A stretch of 64,000 nucleotides of DNA from an uncultured Nitrososphaeraceae archaeon (GCA_963837175.1 CAWIMJ010000012.1:128001-192000); one strand, 5' to 3'. Positions 34,180 through 44,878 are shown, counted from the first letter of the stretch. The notes: generated by a model from the sequence alone, not told the origin. Program-made: numbers and translations.

Positions 34180-35120
34180 GCTCTTTGGTAGTATGTTATA
34201 TGCTGTAGCATTACAACATTAATCGAATCTTTTGAATACTCACTAGGAATTTTCTACAGAATAAAAAACTATGAACTATCCAAAAATTATTAGAAGATAA
34301 TTAGAAATATTCTACAGGGTGTCTTACACTACATCTCAAATTCCAAAATGGAATCTGAAAGCAGATTAGACTGAAGCATATAACTGTATATCACTGTACA
34401 TGTAATGTAATTTTAATGTCTTAAACATACGGCTTTTGCAGAGCTTTAGTATATAGTATCATATACAATCAGGAAATTATCGAGATATCAAATTAGATAA
34501 TTTGGACATCGCTTCTGCATATTTCTCAGCAAAGATTTTGAAGTGCCTCAGATCGTTGTGGAATTGCTCTATCATCAAAGAAAAAAAGCTGCTTTTCATT
34601 TGGGTTCTATTAGAATATTGTCTAATGTATGAAATACAGTTACTACATTAACTATATCAATACTAATATACCATAATTTTCTCTGAATATTACTGCAGTA
34701 GTAACTTTGTAGTAACCTTCATCTAGATCTCTCCTAAAGATACAATGACATATTGATTTACAATTACATCCTCGAAAGTAATCTCATTGATGTTTCCATC
34801 CTCTTATTCCTCGGTTTTTTATTATGTTCACAATCCTTCTGTTGATTTTATCAACTGAATAGCCTTTTGACCTTCAAAATTTTCTAAAGGTATTTGTATT
34901 TTTAGAGGATTACAATAATGCTTCTGAATATATTGCTAACCAATCCTAAATACTGAAAATGCATATGCTTACTTTTCACTAATACTGAGTGATTCTGATG
35001 TTAAAGCAAATTATACCCAGATTGAGACATATGCACAAATATAACTCTATAAAACAAATGCCATCTTAGCATACGTAATAAGATACGTTGATATAAAATA
35101 TATTATATAAATGGTTGATT

Positions 35121-35258
35121 ATGAACAACTGTAATCATTGGGCATGCAATATGTCTAATAATCGATGCGTAGGTTGTGGTAGTACCGTATGTCCATTATG
35201 TTTACAAGAACCTGAGAATTGCAAGTGTGAAGACAGGAAAGACTGTTGTATAAATTAA
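35121..35258 (+). CDS. Putative 45-aa Cys-rich microprotein (zinc-finger or metallothionein-like), below the ORF-track cutoff
   Basis: MNNCNHWACNMSNNRCVGCGSTVCPLCLQEPENCKCEDRKDCCIN*, 10 Cys; TATA-like tract about 35091-35112. Confidence 0.55.
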   Translation: MNNCNHWACNMSNNRCVGCGSTVCPLCLQEPENCKCEDRKDCCIN

Positions 35259-35628
35259 TATTTTAATAGCACATAATAAAGCTATTAAAAAATAATTCTA
35301 AGTAATGTCAGAGTTTTCAAAGTGTATGTTTGTTGTCTCACTCTCATATGATTGTAGAGTATATTTCCTTGACCTGAATACAAAAGGTGTAATATGCAAG
35401 AAGCCTTCTAAAGGTATCGAAAACCTTCAATTATATAAAGTGGTGACCTGGTTATAGAAATACTCTAAACAGTAAATAGAATATGTATAATAAATATAAG
35501 CCACTATAATATGCTCATCAATCTGATATATAGACATCTTATTTTTATTTTATGCCTCCTACTTCATGAAATCATTTACGGAATTCCACGTATTTTTTCC
35601 ATACAAAAAGTCATTGACTAAGGAAATT

Positions 35629-35896
35629 TCCACACAGTTGATCCACACAGTTGATCCACACAGTTGATCCACACAGTTGATCCACACAGTTGATCCACAC
35701 AGTTGATCCACACAGTTGATCCACACAGTTGATCCACACAGTTGATCCACACAGTTGATCCACACAGTTGATCCACACAGTTGATCCACACAGTTGATCC
35801 ACACAGTTGATCCACACAGTTGATCCACACAGTTGATCCACACAGTTGATCCACACAGTTGATCCACACAGTTGATCCACACAGTTGATCCACACA
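35629..35896. repeat. Perfect 13-bp tandem array, unit TCCACACAGTTGA, 20 full copies plus a partial copy
   Basis: Read directly; no spacers and no variant units seen. Confidence 0.97.
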
Positions 35897-36199
35897 TATA
35901 GTAGAATGTGGAAAGTTGGTAGACCCTATCTTATATCTAGTCTACTATATATAGAGCTAATTATACATATTTTCTACACAAAACACAAACTGGATAAACA
36001 AAGAAGAAACTAAAGGTATTATCAACAAAACTATCGATAGAATATTGTAATGCCTTTTCATGCTGCTAGCCATGCTTGAATATCAAGCTAGATTGATTAA
36101 AGAAGAAAGTACATCATAATTACTTAGGTTTACAATACATTATATGTTATTTCAAATTTGTAAAAATCCAATATATCTTCTACTCTGATAAGACTAACA

Positions 36200-36532
36200 A
36201 CAGAAACCTCAATACGATCATCATCAGCAACAGATTCATCATTTACACTAGAATACACCGACGCAGCAATGAAAAAGATAGATAAATGAATATGAATTCA
36301 TCACTAGTTATTGATAGACAGATGATAAACCTATAGAATAGTAACAGAGCGCTATTTGCTTAAAATGTTATAGGTGTTTGATTAAAGAAGAGGAGCAAAC
36401 TGTCATAATTTATCACATATGTCTTCTCATATTGTTACTATTGATGGTATTTCATCTATTGAAGCAGCTGACGATATAATGATTCGAAATAAAGTGCGGC
36501 ATTTACTTGTTGTCAGTAAGAAGAGATATTAA
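36200..36532 (+). pseudogene. Decayed CBS-domain protein
   Basis: Fragments DDKPI..IVTERYL and MSSHIVTIDGISSIEAADDIMIRNKVRHLLVVSK separated by stops and frameshifts; start approximate. Confidence 0.6.
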
Positions 36533-36686
36533 TGAATAAAATGAATGATGAATGAATGCAAATTAACCTGAAATCTTTCTGTGATGAGAAACTAATGATC
36601 ATGACTAACCTTTATTTTTCCCATAGAAATAATAGTCAATTTTTTATAATTCACTTTATGTTTCCTCCACCTTAATTAATTACTTC

Positions 36687-37220
36687 TTAGTTACCATTAG
36701 TAGTAGCATTACTGACAACAGGTTGGGAGTACATATTCGTAATAGTACATTTCTTAGTTTCAGATGACATCATACCACCAGAACAATCATCTGACCAACT
36801 TGTGTTATAACCTGCAGGTCCTGTTTCAGTAACGCTATACATTCCCATATATAATTTTACAGGGGTACCGGATGAATTACCTGGGAAAGAATTAGGTGAG
36901 GGATCATTACCGTGGATAGTAATTGTAAAATCAGATGGCTTCTTGTCACCTCCGCCTTCATTAATGACTTTTTTGGTTACTATCACTATTCCTTGTACTT
37001 GATTGTTTGGCGGTAAAGATGATGTTGTATTTTCAGCAGATATTTTAATAATATCATTTTGCTTTTCTCCTACCGCTCTTTCTACATTGAATAGAAATAA
37101 TAGATTATCCTTAAATTTTGCATATATAGATGAACTGAAAAAAGCAGCTGCCATCAGAGAAATAGCCAAAATTAAGGTTAATATCGAAGTGGTAGCAGCA
37201 AGTTTCACAAACGACATCAC
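36687..37220 (-). CDS. Secreted protein with a small beta-sandwich (prealbumin-like) domain
   Basis: Signal peptide; VTKKVINEGGGDKKPSDFTITI...YSVTETGPAGY...DCSG...CTITN. Confidence 0.7.
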   Translation of the reverse strand: MMSFVKLAATTSILTLILAISLMAAAFFSSSIYAKFKDNLLFLFNVERAVGEKQNDIIKISAENTTSSLPPNNQVQGIVIVTKKVINEGGGDKKPSDFTITIHGNDPSPNSFPGNSSGTPVKLYMGMYSVTETGPAGYNTSWSDDCSGGMMSSETKKCTITNMYSQPVVSNATTNGN

Positions 37221-37542
37221 TTTTATAGATCTTACAAGCTATTTTTGTCTTTATATTATAGATAGGAAAAATACATAATTATTGAAGTTTTGTTACTCAA
37301 AATTACTAATGAAATAAGGTTGTTATTAAATTATGAATATTTCTTATATGTTTTGAACTGAACCGATATATTTATTTTTATGAATAATAATTGTTAAGAA
37401 ATAATTCTTTAGTTTATAATAAGCCTTTTCTTACAAATAATATGCGATCAACAATTTTGTAAGATTTTTTAGAATTATATACAAGACTTTGATACGGCTA
37501 ACTTTAAAAAAAACTTAAATCTTTCTTTGGTAAGGTAGCTAT

Positions 37543-39198
37543 GTGAACCAAGAATTAGGCCACGCTTCTACCACCCTATTATTTATAGGAGGACTGGCTG
37601 CTGGGGCTATAGCTATCGCAGTGTCCTTACTTCTAAGGTTATTTTTTGGTAGCCCATTCATCCCTGAAGTTGCATCTCAAACTTTATTCTCACTTACTCC
37701 TGGAGAAATTGAATCACAAGCTGTGGAAACATTTGGCACACTCGCTAAATATTCTGCGTTTATCGGTGCCATTATTGTTAATCTTATATTGTATGGTGTG
37801 ATTGGTGTATTTCTAGGTAGATTGCGTAACAAGCTTCATTGGAAGGGATACGTAGGAAATGCCTTACAGTCTTTCCTAGTTAGTTACATTATTTTGCTTG
37901 TCGTGACTATCTTGCTCTTGACTCTAACCGAGGGTCAGACGAATCTGACATCAATTCCATTCTTAGTCATTTACCTTATTCCACCTCATGTTGCTTTCGG
38001 ATTCACTTTATCCTCATTCTACGAAAGAATAGTAATTGCACGCCCATCGTCAACTGTCAATACCAAAGAAAAAGTGTCTGATCACAAGACAGAGATAGAC
38101 TATAAGAAAAGAATATTACTTCGTGCGGGTATTGCATCAGCAGTTGCGTTACCCATTCTCTATTTTGGATTAGATAATATTTTATCTCCTAGACAAGCAG
38201 TACAACAACAATCTCCTTCATTATTACTATCACAACTACAAAAATCAAAGTCCAAACCAGTAGGTTTCGAGGATTCAAGACTCTCTCCACTTCTTGAATC
38301 TGAAATAACACCAACTGATTTATTCTACAGAATAGATAAAAATGCCATAGTACCTGTGGTTAATGCACAAGCTTGGAAACTAACTTTGAAAGGGCTAGTA
38401 GACAAGCCTTTGGAAATTAATTACAAAGAGCTAAAAGATATGCCTTCAATAGAGCAGTTTGCTACCCTCGAATGCGTAAGCAATAAAACAGGAGGTGATT
38501 TGATCAGTACTGCAGTATGGAAGGGAGTACGCTTGAAAGACGTTCTTGGGAAGGCACAAGTCAAGCCAAGCGCCAAATATATCGTATTTAGATGCTCCGA
38601 TGGCTACGATGTTGGAATACCTTTGGATATAGGTCTTTCAGATGGCACCATATTGGCTTATGATATGAATGGTGCTGCTCTGACTTCTGAACATGGATAT
38701 CCTGTCAGGGCAATAGTCCCTGGTATATATGGAATGATGAATGCGAAGTGGCTAACTGAAATAGAGCTAGTCGACAATGTTTATGAAGGCTATTGGCAGA
38801 GGAAGGGTTGGACTAATAACGCTAAATACAATACTCATTCATTCATAGTTATTCCCGATAATACACTTATCAGAAAAAGATTTAGAAATCTAGAACCCTC
38901 TTCAAACAAGACTCTGAATGGAAGAGTGCCAGTTGCAGGTGTAGCCTTTGCAGGAGATAGGGGAATATCAAAAGTTGAGGTGAGCACAGATGATGGTACT
39001 AATTGGAAAGATGCCCGAATCAAAGACCCGCTATCACAATATACATGGGTTCTATGGACCGCTGAATTGGATTTGATTGATAAAGGTAATCACAAAGTCA
39101 TGGTCAGAGCCACTGACAAGACTGGAAAAGTTCAGACACCTGAGTTACACAATCCATTTCCAAATGGAGCAACAGGCTACCATATAGTCGATATATAA
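37543..39198 (+). CDS. Membrane-bound sulfite-oxidase-family molybdopterin oxidoreductase
   Basis: ITPTDLFYRID, TLECVSN (Mo-ligating Cys), HGYPVRAIVPGIYGMMNAKW, GYWQRKGW, dimerisation domain; five N-terminal hydrophobic segments. Confidence 0.9.
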   Translation: MNQELGHASTTLLFIGGLAAGAIAIAVSLLLRLFFGSPFIPEVASQTLFSLTPGEIESQAVETFGTLAKYSAFIGAIIVNLILYGVIGVFLGRLRNKLHWKGYVGNALQSFLVSYIILLVVTILLLTLTEGQTNLTSIPFLVIYLIPPHVAFGFTLSSFYERIVIARPSSTVNTKEKVSDHKTEIDYKKRILLRAGIASAVALPILYFGLDNILSPRQAVQQQSPSLLLSQLQKSKSKPVGFEDSRLSPLLESEITPTDLFYRIDKNAIVPVVNAQAWKLTLKGLVDKPLEINYKELKDMPSIEQFATLECVSNKTGGDLISTAVWKGVRLKDVLGKAQVKPSAKYIVFRCSDGYDVGIPLDIGLSDGTILAYDMNGAALTSEHGYPVRAIVPGIYGMMNAKWLTEIELVDNVYEGYWQRKGWTNNAKYNTHSFIVIPDNTLIRKRFRNLEPSSNKTLNGRVPVAGVAFAGDRGISKVEVSTDDGTNWKDARIKDPLSQYTWVLWTAELDLIDKGNHKVMVRATDKTGKVQTPELHNPFPNGATGYHIVDI

Positions 39199-39693
39199 TA
39201 AAGGCTCGGTCATAGTTCAATACTTTAGACAAAGATATTCTAGTCTGTTCAGTATTTTGTTGATAATGCCAAATTCTAAAATTAATAGATAGTTTCACTT
39301 CAATATATAATATTGAACATAGGCTGGAATAGAAAGAAGAATAGATCATTTGATAAAGCACTATACAATCAGGCTTTCAGTATTAAATTAGTATCTTAAA
39401 TATAAGCCGAATTTCTACGGGAGATATTAATATTCCAGCTGCAGCTGCTGCGTTCTGTTTTGAAGGTGTTAAACCTGATAGTAAAAAGTAATGATGTATG
39501 AAAGAAGTAGCAGCTATATTGATTCCCCTAATGTTTCTCATATGCATTGGTCGATACTACCACATCCCAGAACCTATTAAATGCGCGGGATCGGGCAGTA
39601 AAAGACATATAGATTCTCCCGCCTTCAATGCATGTTAGAGTATAAAAAGATCTACTATGAAAAAATAATGTAGCACTTAAAAATATTAACTCA

Positions 39694-40629
39694 TTAATGA
39701 CCATGTCCTTTCAACATATTAAACATATGCAGCATTCCCGGAAAGAGTGAATCTAGAGATTCCGAAACTGCTTTAACACTCCCAGGAAGGTTTATTATTA
39801 TTGTATTTCCTCTAACTCCAGCTATTCCTCTTGAAAGCATAGATAAAGGCGTTCTTCTTTGTCCATGAGCTCTAAGTGTTTCGGCCACTCCAATCAGCTC
39901 TTTTTCTATGACCTTCATAGTTGCCTCTGGAGTTACATCGCGATGACTAATGCCAGTACCTCCACTTGTTACTATAAGATCAACTTTCAATTCATTGCAA
40001 AGTCTACTAAGACTGGATTCGATGAGATCTACATCATCTGGTATCACCGTGTGCTCCACAATCTCAAGTCCATTCTTAATGAGCCTGTCAATAACAATCT
40101 TGCCTGATCTGTCAACCCGCTCTCCTCTGGATACAGAATCACTAATAACCAATACTGCAGATCTAAGTTTTTTATCAAATCTCTCGTAGAAATCTTTGAT
40201 ACCGCCACTCTTATTTAGAAGTCTAACAGATTCTATTATTAAGGAATTATCCACAGGCTTTAACATGTCATATATTGTCAATGCAGCTATCGAGACAGCA
40301 GTCAAGGATTCCATCTCGACACCAGTCTTCCAGATACTTTTTATTTCTGCGATAATTTCAATAGACTCCTCTTTTAATAACACATCGACTTTAATATGAT
40401 CTATAGGAATAGGATGACAGTAGGGTATTAATTCCCAGGTTCGTTTCGCTGCCATCGTTGCAGAAATCCTTGCAGCATCAACAATGTTACCTTTCGGTGA
40501 TTTTCCTTCCTTGACAAGGGTCATCGTTGCAGAATCTAGTCTTATCACCGCTTGAGCTGTTGCTAACCGCAAAGTATCTGGCTTATTACTTACGTCAAAC
40601 ATGCCTTGTCCTTCAATTTCTTCAGTCAT
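39694..40629 (-). CDS. moaCB: Bifunctional MoaC/MoaB(Mog) molybdenum cofactor biosynthesis protein
   Basis: LIPYCHPI, TGVEMESL; then VISDS, TSGGTGISHRDVTPEAT, NLPGS. Confidence 0.92.
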   Translation of the reverse strand: MTEEIEGQGMFDVSNKPDTLRLATAQAVIRLDSATMTLVKEGKSPKGNIVDAARISATMAAKRTWELIPYCHPIPIDHIKVDVLLKEESIEIIAEIKSIWKTGVEMESLTAVSIAALTIYDMLKPVDNSLIIESVRLLNKSGGIKDFYERFDKKLRSAVLVISDSVSRGERVDRSGKIVIDRLIKNGLEIVEHTVIPDDVDLIESSLSRLCNELKVDLIVTSGGTGISHRDVTPEATMKVIEKELIGVAETLRAHGQRRTPLSMLSRGIAGVRGNTIIINLPGSVKAVSESLDSLFPGMLHMFNMLKGHGH

Positions 40630-41044
40630 GGTTAACTAAGACACCATCTGTCCATAATGTACCTAATTCTGATACTTCCTTCTTCCATATTGGCACTCTG
40701 GATTTAATACTATCAATGCCATACCTACATGCTTCAAAGGCCTCTTTACGATGCTCTGATGACACAGCAACTGCCACGCTTATGTCACTAACCTTTAGAT
40801 TACCTGTTCTATGTATAGCTATGAATTTTTTTACATGCCATCTTTTAATTACTTCATTTTCAATTTCTGCGAGGATTTCTTCTGCCATTTCCTTGTATGC
40901 TTCATAGTAAAGTTCAGAAACCGTGCCTTTGTCATTATGATCTCGTATGCTACCTGTAAATACTGTCGTTGCACCCGCCGATCTGTCCTGGACTTCCATC
41001 AATACTTTGAAAACATCAATCGGACTTTCCGTTATAGAAATCAT
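40622..41044 (-). CDS. moaE: Molybdopterin synthase catalytic subunit
   Basis: GATTVFTGSIRD, YEAYKEMA, HRTGNL, HRKEAF, VPIWKKE. Confidence 0.93.
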   Translation of the reverse strand: MISITESPIDVFKVLMEVQDRSAGATTVFTGSIRDHNDKGTVSELYYEAYKEMAEEILAEIENEVIKRWHVKKFIAIHRTGNLKVSDISVAVAVSSEHRKEAFEACRYGIDSIKSRVPIWKKEVSELGTLWTDGVLVNHD

Positions 41045-41045
41045 T

Positions 41046-41327
41046 TTAACCTCCGCTAATAGGTGGCAAAAGCGCTACTTCATCTAAGTGATTCAAAGCA
41101 GTGGTATCAGTTGCTACTTTATGGTTAACTGCAATGGCAAAATGAACCTTTGATGAGTGTAGTGATGGATACAACTCTAAAATTGCTTTTCTAAGATCAC
41201 GAACTGTTGTCATTTGATCTGTCAATTTTAACCTTATCTTGTCTTTACCTATAATTTCTCTAGATGATGCAAACAATTTTACAGTTATGGCTAGATCTGA
41301 TTCTTTCTTTGTCATGCCTTTATCCAC
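41046..41327 (-). CDS. moaD: Molybdopterin synthase sulfur carrier (MoaD/ThiS)
   Basis: VKLFASSRE...EVALLPPISGG C-terminal Gly-Gly. Confidence 0.9.
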   Translation of the reverse strand: MDKGMTKKESDLAITVKLFASSREIIGKDKIRLKLTDQMTTVRDLRKAILELYPSLHSSKVHFAIAVNHKVATDTTALNHLDEVALLPPISGG

Positions 41328-42318
41328 CTATTCTATGCATGATGTTTAATGCTGGCCTTAATGCGTTGGCCCTTATAATACTTATTACACCTTCAGGTTT
41401 CTTCTTTGTGCATTCGAGAATGTATTTTCTTATATCATCATCGTTAGATTTTCCGCTTCTTAGCAAACTCTTCAAGTCATAACCTGGATCCTCGAATAGA
41501 CAAGTGAGAAACCTACCATCAGAAGTTAGCCTGATCCTATCGCAACGTCCGCAGAATGGTTCTGTCATAGAGGGAATAAATCCTACAGTACCTTTACCAT
41601 CTAAAAAAGAGTAGAGCATTGCCGGATCTGAACCGTTATTATATAGAGGAACAAGCTCCTTTACATTCTTGTTTATTCTTTCGATCATCTCTTTCTTACT
41701 AAAAACAAGATGTGGAGTCCATATACACGTCCCATCTAATGGCATAAACTCGATGAACTTGACAGTGTAACCTGTATCTCTTGCAAATCTTGCAAAATCT
41801 ACGACCTCATCATCATTCCATCCTCTCATAATAACTGTATTTATTTTTACTTTGAGTCCTGCATCATCAGCTGCTTTTATAGAGTTCAAAACTTTGTTAA
41901 TGCCATCTACTCCAGTAATAGCTTTAAACCTATCAGCTCTGAATGTATCTAGACTGATGTTTACACCTTCTAATCTGGCCTTTTTTAGCCGTTTGACCTT
42001 CTCGCGAAGCAAAAGTCCATTTGTTGTCATATTAATTGATTTGATTCCATTTATCCTTGATAATGCGCCAATCAGACTTTCTATTTTATCTCTGACAGTA
42101 GGCTCCCCTCCTGTCACCCTTATCTTTTCTATGCCGAGATGGACAAAGATGGTAGTAAGTCTAACAATCTCTTCATAGCTTAAAACATCAGTCTGTTCAA
42201 ACCATTTGGTATTGTTAGATGGCATACAATATTTGCACCTCATATTACACCTATCAGTAACAGAGATCCTCAATTTTCTTGCAATTCTGCCAAAACCATC
42301 AACTAGTTCATTTTGCAA
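41320..42318 (-). CDS. moaA: GTP 3',8-cyclase (radical SAM)
   Basis: CNMRCKYC, TGGEP, FCGRCDRIRLT...C, C-terminal MHRIGG. Confidence 0.96.
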   Translation of the reverse strand: MQNELVDGFGRIARKLRISVTDRCNMRCKYCMPSNNTKWFEQTDVLSYEEIVRLTTIFVHLGIEKIRVTGGEPTVRDKIESLIGALSRINGIKSINMTTNGLLLREKVKRLKKARLEGVNISLDTFRADRFKAITGVDGINKVLNSIKAADDAGLKVKINTVIMRGWNDDEVVDFARFARDTGYTVKFIEFMPLDGTCIWTPHLVFSKKEMIERINKNVKELVPLYNNGSDPAMLYSFLDGKGTVGFIPSMTEPFCGRCDRIRLTSDGRFLTCLFEDPGYDLKSLLRSGKSNDDDIRKYILECTKKKPEGVISIIRANALRPALNIMHRIGG

Positions 42319-42346
42319 AGATAGCCACCACTACCATTATATATAT

Positions 42347-43651
42347 CTATCTATAGATATCATCATCATGATATCCGCCAATATTCCTTAGTGGTATTAC
42401 TTCTACTCTTTTGCCCTTCATCAATTTACTATCGTTATTATCTACTATAATCATACCATTTGACTTTGTTAATGTGGAAAGCAGACTGGCACCTGCTGCG
42501 CTAATAGGCTCAGCCAAATAAGAACCATTGTTTCTTACCACTTGTACTCTAACAAATGTACGAAAGTTTTTAAATGTATTTATGTTGGACGCCATTGTCG
42601 CAATTATTTTTGTTGTGATTGGCCCTTCAGTTTTTAATATCTTTAAAATCACTGGCCGTCCAAAGGTGTAAAATGCAACAAACGAAGATACTGGAAAGCC
42701 CGGGCTAACAATTATTGGTTTGTTATTAACAACACCAAGTGCTGTTGGAGAGCCAGGTTTCATCGCAATCCCATGTACAACAAGTCCTGGTTTTCCCAAA
42801 CTGTTTATAAGATCAGGTACATAGTCTTTTTCGCCTACTGATGCACCGCCAGATACAACAACCAAGTCAAACTTGAGTGCTTCTTTTAACTTAGAGAATA
42901 TCAGATCTCTCTCATCTTTACATATTCCAAGATCAACTACCTCTCCTCCAGATTCTCTTATCATACCGGCTATCATGTATCTATTACTTTCAAATATGGA
43001 AGTATCATCAAGTCTGGATCCAGGTTCTACTAATTCATCGCCAGTTGCAAATATTGCAACCTTTGGTTTCTTATAAACTGGAACTCTATTAATGCCAACT
43101 GAAGCTATCAGACCCACATCTTGTGAAGTAAGCCATGTACCTCTCTTGAAAAGAGTTTGTCTATTCTTTATATCTTCACCCTTTAATGCTATATTTTTGC
43201 CTTTTCCTATTTCATTAAAGATCTTAAGTGTATTGTTTTGTTGCTCTGTATGCTCTACCATTACTACTGCATCTGCACCCTTAGGAACTCTAGCGCCAGT
43301 TGCTATTGCTACTGCCTTTCCAGATTCAACCATGTGCTGTGCTTCTTGACCAGCAGTTATCCTACCTATAACATCAAGTAAGATAGGATGCTTCATTGAT
43401 GCTCCCCTGGTATCATTTGATTTTATTGCATAACCATCCATTTCCGCCTTGATAAATGAAGGTATATCTATGAGACTTGACAAATTCTTTGACAGTACCC
43501 TGTTTTGTGCATCTTGCAGAGTAACATACTCTGTTAGACGAAAAGTTTTTGACCAATTAATACAAGAAAGAAATTTTTTGAGAGCAACATTTGCAGGAGT
43601 ATGCTTCGTAGGACCATGATGTTTTGTATTAGGTGTGGGAATAGGGTGCAT
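42347..43651 (-). CDS. moeA: Molybdopterin molybdotransferase
   Basis: MDGYA, IATGARVPKGADAVVMVE, ATGDEL, SGGASVGEKDY, MKPGSP, PGFPVS. Confidence 0.94.
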   Translation of the reverse strand: MHPIPTPNTKHHGPTKHTPANVALKKFLSCINWSKTFRLTEYVTLQDAQNRVLSKNLSSLIDIPSFIKAEMDGYAIKSNDTRGASMKHPILLDVIGRITAGQEAQHMVESGKAVAIATGARVPKGADAVVMVEHTEQQNNTLKIFNEIGKGKNIALKGEDIKNRQTLFKRGTWLTSQDVGLIASVGINRVPVYKKPKVAIFATGDELVEPGSRLDDTSIFESNRYMIAGMIRESGGEVVDLGICKDERDLIFSKLKEALKFDLVVVSGGASVGEKDYVPDLINSLGKPGLVVHGIAMKPGSPTALGVVNNKPIIVSPGFPVSSFVAFYTFGRPVILKILKTEGPITTKIIATMASNINTFKNFRTFVRVQVVRNNGSYLAEPISAAGASLLSTLTKSNGMIIVDNNDSKLMKGKRVEVIPLRNIGGYHDDDIYR

Positions 43652-44080
43652 GTGATATTATAATTTATCAGCCAATCAATAAGCGTTACCTGCCGACTTG
43701 ATAGCATCCATCGTATCTAAAACACTCATATAATACTAAAAGCAGAGTGGTAGGAATATGTTTAACTACAAATGATCTATGATTTTACTGTATGATATAC
43801 CAAATTATCTTTATCAACTGTTGCATTAAAAATAACGTCTGCAAGGATTTAAAGCGTTGTCATATTATCCTCATTAATACCACCATTAAAAGACCTTGAC
43901 AAACTTATGGTCCATTTCACACTAAAGAACAAACATGCTCACATAAAGCTGATAAAAGTATACTAGAACAACAATTTTACTTAGGTAAAAAGAAATATAT
44001 CAAAAATGAATTTATTAAAATATTATATCTATGAAGCTTAAAATATGTAATATAGATGCGAGCAATAATTTGAATGGTAA

Positions 44081-44878
44081 ATGTACAAGGAAAGACCTTT
44101 CATAGACTATCTGCAGGAAATCAGGATAAGGATAATCAGGATAGTTCTTGCAGTGGTATTAGTCACAATTCTTTGTATGACTTTAACGATCAACATGCCC
44201 GATTTCAACGGTTACAAAATACCATTACCATATCCAAATCCTTCGAATAATATAGCAATTCAAGTAATAATTACCATGAAGGAGAATTTACTTCCTGAAA
44301 ACGTTACTCTTATACAAATCGCACCAGGACAAGCTTTCTTTGCTCAGATCTATGTAGCAGCTATATTAGGAATAATCCTAGCTGTGCCAGTTATAGTCAG
44401 GGAGATTGTTGCATTCATAGGTCCGGGGCTTTATCAACATGAAAAGGCAACTGTAAAAAAGATTGCCATATATGCCTTAGGGCTCTTTGCAATGGGCAGC
44501 TTATTCTCTTACTTTATGGTTATACCTTACATACTTAAATTTTTATATATATATGGAGAGACCATTGGTATTAGTACATTCTTTGAAATAACAGAGTTTG
44601 TTCCCTTTGTAATGCATCTCTTAATCGCCTTCGGGCTTTCATATCAACTTCCGATCATAATGTGGGCTACTACCGTATCTGAAATAGTTGAACCCAGATT
44701 CTGGAGAGATAACTTAAGGTATGTCATAATCATCATTGCTATCTTTAGTGCAATAATAACCCCTGATGGTAGTGGGATCACCATGTGGTTTATAGCCGGA
44801 CCGATGCTCCTACTTTATTTGCTTGGCATCCTATTGGTAGAAAGGAAGATTAAAAGGACATCTCCAAAATTGACATAG
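44081..44878 (+). CDS. tatC: Twin-arginine translocase subunit TatC
   Basis: YLQEIRIRI, FIGPGLYQHEK, FGLSYQLP, AIITPDGS. Confidence 0.9.
   Translation: MYKERPFIDYLQEIRIRIIRIVLAVVLVTILCMTLTINMPDFNGYKIPLPYPNPSNNIAIQVIITMKENLLPENVTLIQIAPGQAFFAQIYVAAILGIILAVPVIVREIVAFIGPGLYQHEKATVKKIAIYALGLFAMGSLFSYFMVIPYILKFLYIYGETIGISTFFEITEFVPFVMHLLIAFGLSYQLPIIMWATTVSEIVEPRFWRDNLRYVIIIIAIFSAIITPDGSGITMWFIAGPMLLLYLLGILLVERKIKRTSPKLT

Noticed and set aside
35629-35896. CRISPR array
   Set aside because: Units are contiguous 13-mers with no spacers, and there are no cas genes in the window.
35559-35897. Three overlapping minus-strand ORFs of (CGSTVWINCVDQL)n
   Set aside because: The 13-bp unit has no stop on the minus strand, so all three frames are open automatically; there is no synonymous variation to indicate coding.
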